Origin: Hydrurus foetidus
Taxonomy: Eukaryota
Reading direction: 5' to 3'
Assembly (NCBI GenBank): GCA_900617105.1
Contig: UYFQ01000018.1
Location: forward strand, 1 to 64,000
DNA: 64,000 nt
Shown: positions 1-12,500 of the stretch, in pieces
Layout: every line of letters starts with the position of its first letter
Numbering within the stretch: the stretch's first letter is position 1
Notes under the pieces: model-generated
The model's database searches: none
Told to the model about the DNA's origin: nothing
What the model saw: only the letters and a program-made list of their open reading frames with translations
Program-made: the position numbers and the translations under genes

Positions 1-732
1 TTTTTTCTCTCCTGATTTTTTTTCCCTGGGTTTTCTTTTCTTTTTTTCAGGAAGCAAATTATCTTTACTTGTAACGATACCATCTTCCATCCAGTCATCG
101 ACAAATGCAGTAGATAATGTTTCATCTTTACTGGGTAATTCCGAGCAGAATGCTGTAAATTGAGCATTCGGAACAGCAAAATTCGGAGGACATGTTCTGA
201 AGGCTGAGGAAGTCGTTTTAGAAGACGATGACGTTGGAGCTGTGGAACCAGTGAATTGAGTAGAGGTTCGGACATCTGCTACCGTCTTTTGACCTGATCC
301 TCTATCTAACAAATCACCGAGACACATTCTTGTTTTCCCTCTTTGCAGCTTCAAGACTGAAGGTTGCGCAGTTGGAGTGGCAGATGGAGTTTTCAGAGTT
401 GATGCCCCTAGTCCGATCGTAGTAGCTAGTATCGTTGGAGTGGCCCCGATATGACATGCACCTATAACGCTTCGGTCACATGTACCGGGGCTTACTAGTG
501 ATCCTGCTCTATTGTCACAATCTGAGTCGCTGTCCGAATCCAATATTTTCCTTTTCCGTTTCGCAGGAACAGTCATATGGTGGGCAGACCCATTTTCCTC
601 ACGAACAGTGGGTGTTCCTGGCCTACTAGACTGATTGGATCTAAGAGGTGTCCCAATCGTGTCACTGTCTGATCCGGAATTGAGTAGGTCATTTAATTTT
701 CTGCCTTTTGAGGACGATGTGCGCGATAACAT
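1..732 (-). CDS. Hypothetical protein, 5' part (runs off window start); Ser/Thr-rich, low complexity, with a basic NLS-like KRKRK
   Basis: ATG at 732 opens a stop-free frame of 244 codons to the window edge (MLSRTSSSKGRKLNDLLNSGSDSD...PAKRKRKILDSDSDSD...). Absent from the ORF track because it has no stop in the window. Confidence 0.7.
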   Translation of the reverse strand, partial: MLSRTSSSKGRKLNDLLNSGSDSDTIGTPLRSNQSSRPGTPTVREENGSAHHMTVPAKRKRKILDSDSDSDCDNRAGSLVSPGTCDRSVIGACHIGATPTILATTIGLGASTLKTPSATPTAQPSVLKLQRGKTRMCLGDLLDRGSGQKTVADVRTSTQFTGSTAPTSSSSKTTSSAFRTCPPNFAVPNAQFTAFCSELPSKDETLSTAFVDDWMEDGIVTSKDNLLPEKKKRKPREKKSGEKK

Positions 733-1230
733 GGGTACTGATTCAGGCGAGAGTTAAGCAGCCTGTGCGCTCTACCTCAAAAATATTTGATCTTCCTCTT
801 CCATTCAGAGATGCTCATAAGACATAGATTTGCCATGACGATCATCACCTCCAGTGCTGATTCAAATGTGCTACTTCAATCAGCTGACCCTACCCAAATC
901 ACGACAGTATTATGGCGAACAGGCGAACATCTCTTCGTCAATTGACAGATTCGTTATGACGCATACGGATTACATTTTTATGGACGTTATTTTGTACTTC
1001 GTCTGGGAGCGAAACCAAAAATGGAAGACCAAAGCAGCCAAAGCCAAAGCCAAAGCCAAAGCAGTCCAGTACACCATCCAGGTGACTCCGAAATACAGAT
1101 TGTTTCTCTGCATCACCAACTACCAAGCTCTCAAGAAGAGTGCCAAACCAATTTAGTCGTGGAGGAGATGCGCAATCAATTATGATGCCACACGTCTGAC
1201 GACGAATCGTTTTGTCCTCATGGACCTTTG

Positions 1231-1698
1231 ATGGACTTTTTCCAGTCGTTACTTGATACTGTTCTTCGCGGCGATGATGTTGCTGCATCTCACGTGATCA
1301 GTTTGGGTGACTTCTCCGCTGAACTGAGTGAGTCTGACTGCGATGGAATGACAGCTCTTCATTGGGCGACTTCGTCCCCGGAATCGGAGAAATTGGTTCC
1401 GATACTGATTGCTCATGGTGCATCAATACAGCCGCGTGATGCGAAAGGGCAGACACCACTCCACTTATACTGTGCTCAAGGCCGCCTTTATGGCGTCAGT
1501 TGTCTTCTCCACAAAGGAGCTGACACCAACTGTCAGACTGCGGAATTCGCTCTGACTCCTCTCCATCTAGCCGTTCTACATCACCATGCTGATATAGCTC
1601 GACTTCTACTCGCATTTGGGGCGGATAGTCATGTACAGATGTCTTCTGGAGAAACTGCGAATGATCTCGGACTATCTGCACTGCTCGATGAGAGTTAG
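1231..1698 (+). CDS. Ankyrin-repeat protein (about 3 repeats)
   Basis: Motifs GMTALHWA, GQTPLHLYCAQG...LLHKGADTN and LTPLHLAVLHHHADIARLLLAFGAD. First ATG is at 1231. Confidence 0.9.
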   Translation: MDFFQSLLDTVLRGDDVAASHVISLGDFSAELSESDCDGMTALHWATSSPESEKLVPILIAHGASIQPRDAKGQTPLHLYCAQGRLYGVSCLLHKGADTNCQTAEFALTPLHLAVLHHHADIARLLLAFGADSHVQMSSGETANDLGLSALLDES

Positions 1699-1970
1699 AT
1701 CTCAACTTAATTCTCCAATTCATTAATCTATCCGGGTAAAGCTGGAGAATAATGGGTGTTCTAATCCTCCTGAAATCTTCGCCATATCTTCGAGAATTAC
1801 AATGGTGTATCGAAGTGGACTATTTAACTGTCCAAGTTTCTTGTTGATGCAACTGAAATTTCGCGCGGAATTTTACGACTGAAAAGATTACATTACTCTG
1901 GTTTCTCGTTATTGAAAGATTTCGTGCATGTTTTTCGATTTCCGCCCTTCATGTTAGTGTCATAATTACA

Positions 1971-3060
1971 TCAGTGAAAGCTGTTTACTGCGTGCTTAAA
2001 TTTGCTGTAAAGAAAGGGTGAGTGCCTGATCCCAATTGTTGGACCCACGAGAATGAACCAATTCAGAAGATAAAAATCTGGGCTCTCAAGATAGTCTACA
2101 TTAGAATCGACTTCTGAGTCGCTGGTTATCGGTATGGGTTGCCTGTCAGTTTCTTTCGGCACTCCATTTCCTGCGTGACAGCCCAGGGGAGGTGAATCAC
2201 TTTTGCTAAGGAGAGCAAGCCTCTGTCCTAGCCCGCATAAGTGAGGACACAGACAGATAGCCTGATTGTACGGGTGCTCTTCAATCGTCACTTCTACCTC
2301 CTCTATCTCCTCGTCAACCATGCCCTTAGAATCACTGAAACTATGTCCCAGATAAGGATGCGCAACTGCTGAAGATCTTTGGGTGATAATCAAGTCCCGC
2401 AACTCTGTAACAGACATGGACTGGCCGTTTCTGTCGTGCAGTTGAATGTAAGGACAGGGCACCAAATAAATGGGGTGCAGAATTATGTCTATTTGGCCAT
2501 GAAAAAATGCGGGCTGAGAACCCCTATTGTTTGCCTCAGAATCACTGATGATTGTTTGGATATCCGTATTGAGATCCAGCTCTTCCAATTCATTCATTTC
2601 TGCAGTAGAATTCCTAACTGTGTCAAATGAACGACTCTGAACACGCATTTGAAGATACCTTTCGTTGCTGTACAGCTGAAAGGCAGCTGGTGGGGCCTTG
2701 ATACAGATGGATGAATTATAATATTGAAAATAGTGAATGGTGAAGTGCTTCATCATAGGATGCATTTCATGAGTAATTACTCTAAAATCCATATTTTCTC
2801 GAAGTGTTCGAAACAATATGTGGTGATATACCTCTTTTACAGCCCAGTCAATCTTGCTCCATACTGAAAAGCTTGTCAGTTCCGAGTTTAATTCGGGGGA
2901 TTCATCAAAAATCTAAGAATAAAGAGTGAGTTTGTGGTCCTAAGAACAAAGAAACAGTGTGCAGTGATCTAGCTAAAAATCTCAAGTAATCGAAATGATG
3001 ATGACTCACTTTTATCCAAATTCTTAGCAGTGAGTCAAAGCGATCACAATCAAATGACAT
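1971..3060 (-). CDS. ATG10: ATG10-like autophagy E2 conjugating enzyme; exons 3060-3010 and 2912-1971
   Basis: HPIYLVPCPYIQLHDRNGQ, EEHP...PHLCG and YLLNWFILVGPTIGI match the Atg10 pattern Y.VP.LY...G / EHP...HPC / YL.SW...VGP.VG. The GT..AG intron 3009-2913 is in frame. Confidence 0.65.
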
Positions 3061-4170
3061 CTATCGTTAGCTTGACAGAGGAATGGTCTCCGGAAGCGTT
3101 TCATTCATAAGTGCGATGTTGATAGCATCCTAGAAATAAAATGTCGCATATCGATATCGCAGCAGAAACAAAATAAGCTGTAATCGCACCATTATTATGC
3201 ACTGTTGTTATAATGAGTTTCATAAACTGTAGCACGCGAGGAATTCTCGCTTGTATTGGTTCAATACTAAAGTCGGGTAACAATCCAACTATTGGTTAAA
3301 TTTAAAATTGACCTCTTAGTGGTCGCACAGTCGTAGGCCAGTATAGCTCCTGTATCGCACCAAGAAGAATACGAAAACGGCCCTGTCGGATAATAGCTTC
3401 TGTCGCCTCAGCTCTTAGAACCTCAGCAATTTCTTGTGAGATGAGTTGGCAGTCCGGCAGTCTACTGAAACTCTGCTCTTCGTGCAAAGCGGGTTTGCGG
3501 AAATCTTGCGAGAACTAGAACTAGAACTTGGAATTTTTGAACCCACTTTGATAATAACGGGGAAGCTGCGTGCTTTATATTTTCTATTTTCAAAAGACTT
3601 TCTTTTGTACCCGACCCCACAAGGTGTCTTCTTTGAATTATGCAGGTTAATTTTTTCTAGGCAGCACTAGCTCCGTTCCTTAACCATGATATCTTAGTGT
3701 TGTTTTTAAGAAGGAAAATGTTCTTTGCAATGTAAACATCAAAAAAAAATCGGGACCGTTTCTTAGGTGTAGGACACTATGAAAAGGAGGGGTAGTACTT
3801 TTTGTACTGTGTGTCGCTATTTTTACAACTGTTTTGTAGAGTCGATAGATAATAATAAGATTGCTCTGCAAAGGTATGGACATTTCAAATGAATAGTCAA
3901 GAGCTTTTTTTTATCTTTTTTTTATGAAAAAAAATGGAAATCGAGAATTTTGCCGAATTTTTCGGTTATAATCGAGGCCACGCCATCAATATCGACAAAT
4001 CAGTAGAAAGCTGCTTGCATCTGCCTTGACTTTTCTAGATTGATGTTGATTATTAAATTCAACGAAAAGTCATCTACCTACTCTGTGATACATTACTTCT
4101 CACATTGCTCGGAAATCATATCCAGATCGACGTCAGAGATGCAGAACAAGTTCAGATGTTCTTAAAGCCG

Positions 4171-4263
4171 AGTAATTGATACCGTCTGCTGTGACTTCGT
4201 TGCCGTGAAGATCTTCCAAGTAATCGATACCGTCTGCTGTGACTTCGTTGCTATAAAGATCTT
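4171..4263. repeat. Tandem duplication, 48-bp period, 2 imperfect copies
   Basis: agtaattgataccgtctgctgtgacttcgttgccgtgaagatctt at 4171 and agtaatcgataccgtctgctgtgacttcgttgctataaagatctt at 4219. Confidence 0.85.
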
Positions 4264-4580
4264 AATCGAAGGATTTTAGCACTCCCCTCTCCTCTCCCCT
4301 CTACTCCTTTTTTCATCTCTTCTCCTTTTCTTTCCTTACCTTTCTCCTCTCCTGCACTTCTCCATCTCCTGTAAGTGATCCTTAGATTGCTGATGCGAAT
4401 TTTTGCCCAACAAGTGCCAGGAGTATGTCACCTTCCGGCTTGCATAAGAGCAATGAATTCTCTTGAGCACTGCTGAAGTACAGAAGATATAGAGCAGTAC
4501 TGTACAGTAGCAGTAGGTTAGACAGTACAGTGTCACAGAACGGGAGGGGAATTGGTTCACAGAAGTGTAGAGTACACTAG

Positions 4581-4600
4581 CCCTAACCCTAACCCTAACC
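4581..4600. repeat. Short interstitial telomere-like repeat (CCCTAA)3
   Basis: ccctaaccctaaccctaacc. Confidence 0.6.
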
Positions 4601-5137
4601 GATTAGTTTAGCTAATTACAGTGTGGTATCATACAATACAGTACAACAACGTGCATTACAGCACAGTGCAACACAGTGCAACACAGTGCAACACAGTAAG
4701 TGCAATTCAGTTCGGAGCTCCGCAGTTCGGTTTAGATAAACTTCAATTAAAATTGGTGTTCTACACTTAAGTGCAGGACTGTCCAACGCAATCTAAGATA
4801 AGCGTGAACTCACCTCGGAATGAGCATCATTACTCGCAGAAGAGTCCGGATTCACAGATTTCGCCATTGTGGGCTCTTGTCAGACATTCAGTTGAAAATA
4901 CTCAAAATCATCAAATTTTCTGTATTCCGTATTATTACGTTGTCCAACCTCCAAACTAGGTCCAAAATCCGCTCTACTATTGAGCAATTATGACTATTGT
5001 CGGGTCAAGACAAACCATTAGTATTAGGGATTCATTTGACGAATATTGAGTGATAAACGTTGCTCTCAGCGGTCATTTTCGAGGGCAAAAACATGATATT
5101 CCTGTTTAGCTGTGACTTCGGCAATAATGCTTCTCAC

Positions 5138-6334
5138 TCATTTGTACTTTTCAAATGGAGCCTCAGAGGCTGGAATAATGTCGAGTACAGGTAGTCCACT
5201 TTTACTTCTTATTATGTTCACAAGTTGATCGAAATTTAATGCCATGTTACCCTTTCTGATTCTACCGGTGAGATGCAATTGCTTGTGTCCATAAGAGTGG
5301 ATGTCTCGAGCTATTCTGTCTAACGAAGGTTCTGCCGGATTGTTTTGAGAATATAGCGTCACGGAATGTCTGTTAAATAACACCTGCCATAAATACAAAA
5401 AGATCAAACAGACAGAAAGTGAATAAGGTGAGAAGTGGGTCAAACTAATCAAGCGCTTTATATCGTATATATAAATGTCTTAATATAAGTAATTGCTTAC
5501 GTGGTGAAACGTTGACGGACCGAGCTCTGTGTAGAAATATTTGTGTTTCGTCCCTTCTTTCTTCCTCATTATGACGCTTTTCTGAAAGCCCATCATATCA
5601 CTTAACACATCACGCGGCAGGCAGAATGCAGCATTTGTGATTTCAATTGCATTTTTACTGTCACTCCACATTTGTGCGCCCACGTAAGAACGCTCATACC
5701 AGTGTCGCTGCAACTGTAAAAAATGAACATCAGTATCAAGATATGACATTTGATGACGGTGAGCGAGACACAGCCGCAGTATATCTGACAGTCTTGTAAA
5801 TCTAGTTTTGTCCCATTTGGCGATTATTGGTAATTGCTCTGAAAATCCGCCTGTTATGAGCTCCTCTGTGGCATTATATAGAGCAACTCTGATCCCAGCA
5901 TATCTATCCCAAGTACACCCTTTCAAATCTGAAGTGAAAAATGTAAGTGTCGAGTTCATCACTACAATCTGCGCTGATAAGGTCCTCATTCTGACATCTA
6001 GATAAGAATGACTTTCAATGCAATCTCCGGGCCACGTGACAAAAAAGTCCTGACATGTCTTCCTGTTGGAGTCGGTGATATGAGATGTTGATCCGGGTCT
6101 ATCTTTCGATAAACTAGTTTGAAGTCCCTGCTCCCTTGCTCGTGCGGTCCAAAACTCATCTCCATCTATTGCCATAGACAGGACGTTTCTATAATTAGCC
6201 ACTGGTTCTTTCGTTCCATAGATATCAGACGTGATAAAAAACCGCAGCACTACGGCGGAAAAGATTATACCAACAATTAAGCGGACCACAAAACTCAATG
6301 AAAATCTCGCAACCTGCCAGGATTGGCGCCACAT
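5138..6334 (-). CDS. Type II membrane glycosyltransferase with DxD motif (GT32/Gly_transf_sug-like); exons 6334-5501 and 5383-5138, ~359 aa
   Basis: N-terminal hydrophobic anchor, and RLSDILRLCLAHRHQMSYLDTDV resembles the GT32 motif SD..R...L...GG.Y.D.D. Also ITNAAF and ELGP. In-frame GT..AG intron 5500-5384. Confidence 0.7.
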
Positions 6335-9300
6335 CAGACCAGATTCGTTGGAAACGCTCTATTATCACGACCCCTGACATCATCAATCTTCCATACTGTA
6401 TTAGATGTTGTCAAAAGTTTGCAAAGCGGAATGGAAGCCTGTGGAATGTAGAACCGGATAGATCCACAATAAGGATCTTAGATCATGACCTTATAAATAG
6501 ATTATGATCGACCAAGCATTGAGTCTTTCTTATCATGACATGTTGGACAAATTTGTCATGTGCAACTATGCATGCATAAATAATAGAAGAACAAGCACAA
6601 AATGGCGTATGTCACATATCACATGAGATGCTTCGTTAACATATTAAAAACTGTCGAAGTGTGTCAAATGAAGAATGGAAGTGTTCCAAGCTATTGCCAA
6701 ATCTCGTCCTACACTTTATTCTATACAAAAGAGAGCAAAAGATCGCGTCATTATAGCATAGTAAGCCATTGTCTTTACTAATTTGACTATTTTTTGTGAT
6801 AGATATCTGAAACACAACATGAGCACAGTAGACGACATCAAGGAAATATTGGGTGTCCAAGTACAGTGTGTTTCACTACATATCAATAAGACAAAACTGG
6901 AAATATATCAGTATATATGATTTCTTTGAAGACAGTGATAGGGATGCTGACATTGAAATGTACTTCTGTGTTGCTTCGACAGACATCATAACAGAACTCT
7001 TTGAACTTGTGTTATCCACGGGTTTCAGAAATGTTGCCTCTTTCGACGCGTTTTTATGCTATCTCTACAGCGATCTCTTATATGGTGTCTGTCGGCCTTG
7101 TATTGCTTGCAATTTATCGCATCGTCAGTTGATCAAAAACGTGAATCGCAGTTGCTATTTTGTTTATTACTGAGTGAATATGTTCTTGCGTAATTGCGCT
7201 TTAAAATGTGGTACATGGCAATCTCTGAGAAATTGGGGTAGGAGATGCTTTTTCATAGAGGAATCCATCAAATTACTGCATCTGATGATGGCTTCTAATA
7301 GGAAACAAGTTAGTCTTTCCTCTGTTTTGATCCGGAGAAGTGAATAGCATCACGAGTGACTGTCTTTCGGTCTTGTGTTTTGTGTATTACTCAGAGGTAT
7401 GGACTACTCTCACCACAATTGAGGCGGTATCACTGTCAGGAGATAATCTGTTCTGTTCTGTTAGAGAACATCGCCAATTTGTATTGTGGAAATTGAGAGC
7501 TGTATTCTGATTGTCGCTTACTTTTAATTAGGTGTGTCATAAAGAGAAATTGGTGACTGCAGCTGGTGTGGAGCGACTTCAGCCTGGTATTGCTGAGATT
7601 TGAAAGACAGGAAGTCCACACAGTCCCCTGTAGTCTCTAATGAGAGTGATGTTGTGGTCCCTGAGGGATTAGCCTGATACCTCGGTTAGACTTTATCAAA
7701 CCGAGAGTTTCCTTCGTGCTTTGTCGAAAGGGCATCTCCCTGGATTTTCGTCATTTATCTTGAAATTCGCGATTATTGATGTAATGACAGACATGACATA
7801 TGCCCTGTACGCTTTGTGATCTCAAATTTGCGAAGATGGTTTGTTGACAAGACATTTCGGTGACTTTTGTACGATGCGAACATGCCGTGCCGTTGTCACT
7901 CAGAAGATGTGACACTTCCCGTTCTGAATCCAGGCATTTCGATGAGTTTCTTTTGTTTGTACCCGTATCTCAGCAAGTGCTCTATTAGCTTGAACTCCGT
8001 CTTGGTGGCACTTGCTGCCTTAATCCGAAATTGTCTCATAACTTTCGGTTTGCAGTCATATATTGGGTAAGTTATCTGGAGTCTTGCATCTGTTGATCAA
8101 CTGCTACCTTCTGACTCGGTATTCAGCAAGTAAATCACTAACTATCAGAAATTTTCTCACCGAAAGCTGTGAATTTCGTGGCATCACAGGGGTCCTTCTT
8201 CCTTGCGGCTCTGCGCAAGTCGCGGAATAACTTTATAACATCTTTCTGCAGGCCAGAGTGGCGGATAGACATCGCTCCTTCTGACACGCTACAATGAAAT
8301 CCTAAATTTCAGATTGCATTTAATATTTCATATTCTTCACTGCGGAGGTCAACGACGAATTGATATAAGACTCTGTTCTGCTCAAAAGTCAATACGGTAC
8401 GTACGGCGTACGGTACGGTATAATGCCGTATGGTCCCCAGCGGAATGTTCCGGAAGACTTTTCACTAAACTGTTATGACCAGCACCATTATGGATTAGGA
8501 TGCCTTACGCAAAGAAAGACGACACCATATGTACGATTGTTGACTAAAGCCATGACTGCTTCCTTTACGAATTGTCTGAGGCAAAGAAAATCTCGAAAGT
8601 AGTTCGCTTATCTAAGAAATAGTTAGCGTTCCGTATTCCATAGTTCATCGACATCTGCTAACGTCATTTGAAAGTTGAATGCTAAATTTCATTTGTAGAT
8701 GTCATGTATATGCACCGAGTAGGCCAAATGGTTTTTCAACGATGGTTTTTTCAACAAATTAAACGATAAACTGTACGTTGCATCAGTCGCATCATAAAGG
8801 ACCGACCAACAGAAGATAGAAAATTCAAAAGGTGCACCAAGGAATTATAAAATTGCATCTGTACGCAGGTGCATCATGAGGTCTGGCCATCTGGCCAGAA
8901 TTTTAAAAAATCCACGACTGAATCAGTATTTCTTATTTCATTGAAGAAAAACAAAAGCAATAAAGAATAACAAAAAAACTGACGTTCTTGTGGATGGTTA
9001 TTAGCACCTACAGTTAATAACAAAACACAGCAGATTGATAAATTATAATTTTGCATAAAACACCTGGAGATGATGATGTCAACAAAAGTCAAAATGAGAT
9101 AAATAAAAACATTACAATAAAAATCGGGAGAAGCACACCGCTTTTTAATATGACTACTACTAGCAATTTTCAAGTTTATTTTTTATTTTCACTCAAATCG
9201 ATTTCCTCACCATAAAAGACTTACGCATAACTCAATTCACGAATATAAAATACAACATATTGTGCGGTACTCAAAATTTTCCAAAATAAAATATAATAAT

Positions 9301-9578
9301 AGAAGGTGTTAGAGATGGTGTGGGCACTACTCATTAGCCCTAATCTCTAATCTCTCATTTCTTACGCACACTGAGATAAGATATCACGACTCACAACCGT
9401 CTGTACGGCAAAGACGGACAACAGACAAATTTCATATACATTTTATTCATACTATATCTAGTAGCATATTAATCTACATTTCGAATCTGTCAAATGGCGA
9501 CAGGAGTCATAATTATTTCAAACGCATAAGTCACGTAGAATCCACTATGATAAGATAAGATTGGAGGATTAAAAAGGT

Positions 9579-12500
9579 TCAAGTTTCCTTTTCCTCTTCT
9601 TCTTCCTCATCAGAGTCACTATCATCATCACTATCACTATCACTATCTTTTTCCTCTTCCATACTATCACTATCATCATAGAAATCATTCCTACACTCTT
9701 TCTCTTCATCTCCATCCATTCTGTGGAACCAATCAGTCGAGTCTTGAGGTCGACCAGGGATGACTCTCTGTCCACTAAGCTGACTTGAATCCAAATCATC
9801 GAAAGAATCTGAGAGATGAGGATTGCCTGTCGTTATTTCATTGCCTGACTGAGCAGCGTTGGGAGTCGATATCGTCACATCGTGTTGAGCTACATCAGTG
9901 GTATCAGAATATGGACTGTCAGACGGTGCATTTGAATCGCGCAGTCTCGCATCTAACATTTGTGTCTGTAGCCGCAGCATATTGGTGCTAGTGTTATGAT
10001 TGCTCTCTCTGTTGCTTGCTCCAACTGACTTCGGCCTTGATAGCAGTACATCATCTCGACCTATAGCACCCGTAATCGATGGATTTCTCGGTCTAATATT
10101 TGTATTAAATGCCGAGATAGGAGGAATGAAATCAGGCACCCCCTGGGGCGATTCTTCTTCGTGACCCATTCCTCTGTAAGATGAGTGGTTTCCTGGTGAA
10201 AAGGGCTTGTAGGGGAGGACAGTGTTGGAGTCCAAGTATGTGTCAATAGCGATGCGAGATGATCCGTATGTTTCAGTGACGTATTCTGCGGGGAGCTGAT
10301 CGAGAGTGAGTGCACCTCGTCTGCCCCCTTTTATCTTGACGAGCACTGTCGGATAGCTGTCGATATTATGAGGCTCGCTGCTGGCTGAGCTGAAAGAGTT
10401 CATGTCGTTGAAGGTCTCTTTCGGCACCCACCCCTTGGCCGGTCGAACCCGTATAATCATGCCCGTCTGTAGATGGGCATGATGCACGTAGTTCTCCTTC
10501 GTGACCACTTTATCTCCTTCTAGACTGTGATCTGCCGAGAACTCTGCCTCCTCGCCCATGCCGCTCTCTCCCAATAGGTCGTACACATCGTAAAACAGCA
10601 CTTCCTGTCTTTTCTGCATCGGCTCAGAGGAGGTGTTCATTGTCCAGTCATTCATGTGGCTGTCTTTCTCTGTCTCTGTTATGCGTCTAAAGAATGCAAT
10701 GTCTTCATGTCGAATGTTCTCCAACACTGCCATTTCCTCGTCATTGAGAACCACTAAAATGTTGTACAGATGTCCTCGCACGTACGCTTTCTTGGCCATG
10801 AAAACGTCCATCATAGAAGGTAAGAATCGCAGTAGACCGATAAAAGTCACAATTGTCAAAATCCCTACAACACTCATTGAAAAAATCTTCCTTTTTGGAA
10901 TAGTGGGGGGCTTACTAGGGGAGCTGGTGGGTTGGCCGCTCGGCAGGGAGGACGGCTGATTGTTCGGTCCGGCTATAAACACCGTCAGAAATACAGGGGT
11001 CTGCCTGCACAAATTCATAATATCGGTTTGGCGGAGGAGATCTGATATGTTGAAGTGCCCTGCACTGATCCTCAACTGATTGCACAGACTGTTATCGCCT
11101 AGTGCCTTCATGACATCGGTGCTTATCGCTGAGCCGATTTTACCGATTGAATCCGATGTATTTGCTGGAGTAAAATAGATGAGTGGAAGAGATTGAGTGA
11201 GTGAGTGAGTGAGTGAGTGAGTGAGTGAGTGAGTGAGTGAGTGAGTGAGTGCGAGAGATAGTAATAGTGAATGAGTGATTGAGTGGGAGAGCGGGATTGC
11301 AAAAATCCGTCGCCTTTGCTTCTAGTACTGCATCAGAGTCAAATATTTCAACCAGTCTTAAATGTACTCACTTGTCAATTGGCGGATTATGGAGAATGAC
11401 AGCATTTTCGGTTGTGCATCAACAGCAGCGAAAGTTCCGTTGGCACTAGACTGTGCTAGTGGGAGGTGATAGCCTGATGGATTCGTATTGGCTATTCTAG
11501 CCATCTTGTTGGCGAGTAGCCGTGTAGATGGATTTGCTGTTGGGGCACGGGAGAAAGTGCCAGGGCAGAGGTCACTCGCAGCACCTATAGCTACACTGTC
11601 AGTTGACACATCCATGGAGATCGCTATGGCTTGCCTTATCGCTGTTGTGGTAGTTGAGGAGGATGACATATCCTGATCAAAGCCCATGGGGATGGAAGAA
11701 ACAACGCATACTGTACCAAGACTGATCGTTGGCTGCATAGTAGGGGGCCTAGTTGGGGTGGCAGTCGGTGGTAGAGTGGGGAAGCTTTCTTTCTGAGAAT
11801 TGAATGCAGGAGCACTCGTGAACACTGTCTTGACATTGCTGACCGTAGGAACAGGAATTCTGATGGTTGGAGCTTGAGTTGGCTGAGCGGATGGCTGTGC
11901 ACTTGGCGATCCGGAGGGCAAGCTACTTGGACCTGACGTAGGCTGGCTACTCGGTTGACTGCTCGGCTGACCCGATGGCTTTGTGGTTGGTTGCCCTGAA
12001 AAAATGAGTGAAAGCATTAGAATGGAAACTTTATTTTAGATATAGACGGGTGGTAAAAGAATTGAAAGAGATCCATTGAACTTTAAAAGTTGCTCATCTA
12101 GAGCAAGTGAATTACAGACCTGAGGGAATTCTTGTGGGACGACTCGTTGGTTGCGCGGTCGGTCGGCAAGTTGGCCGACCTGTTGGTCGTGTAGTCGGTT
12201 GACTTGTTGGCTGGCCTGTCGGCCGTTCCGAGGGTTGGCTCGAAGGCTGACCAGTCGGCTGTCTGGTAGGCTGTCCAGATGGTTGACCCGTCGGCCGACT
12301 TGTAGGTTGTGGAGTCGGTTGATCCGTTGGTTGTCCAGTTGGCTGCCCAGTTGGTTGTCCCGTCGGCTGACTACTTGGCCGACCAGTGGGTTCTCCCGTC
12401 GGCTGTGCTGTAGGCCGTGACGTGGGCTGCCCAGTAGGTTGCCCCGTAGGCTGTTTACTTGGATGACCAGTGGGTTGCCCCGTCGGTTGCCCAGATGGTT

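Noticed and set aside
854..1288. ORFs containing AKAKAKA / FGFGFG
   Set aside because: Derived from a (GCCAAA)n run in the interval between two divergent genes; no other coding signal.
4581..4600. True telomere or chromosome fusion scar
   Set aside because: Only about three units, in one orientation, in a gene-dense region.
3100..4960. Short ORFs and a possible stray exon (donor near 4338)
   Set aside because: No coherent gene model could be assembled.
6600..9200. Possible degraded minus-strand gene or transposon fragments
   Set aside because: Only short protein-like stretches with many stops; no family or termini could be supported.
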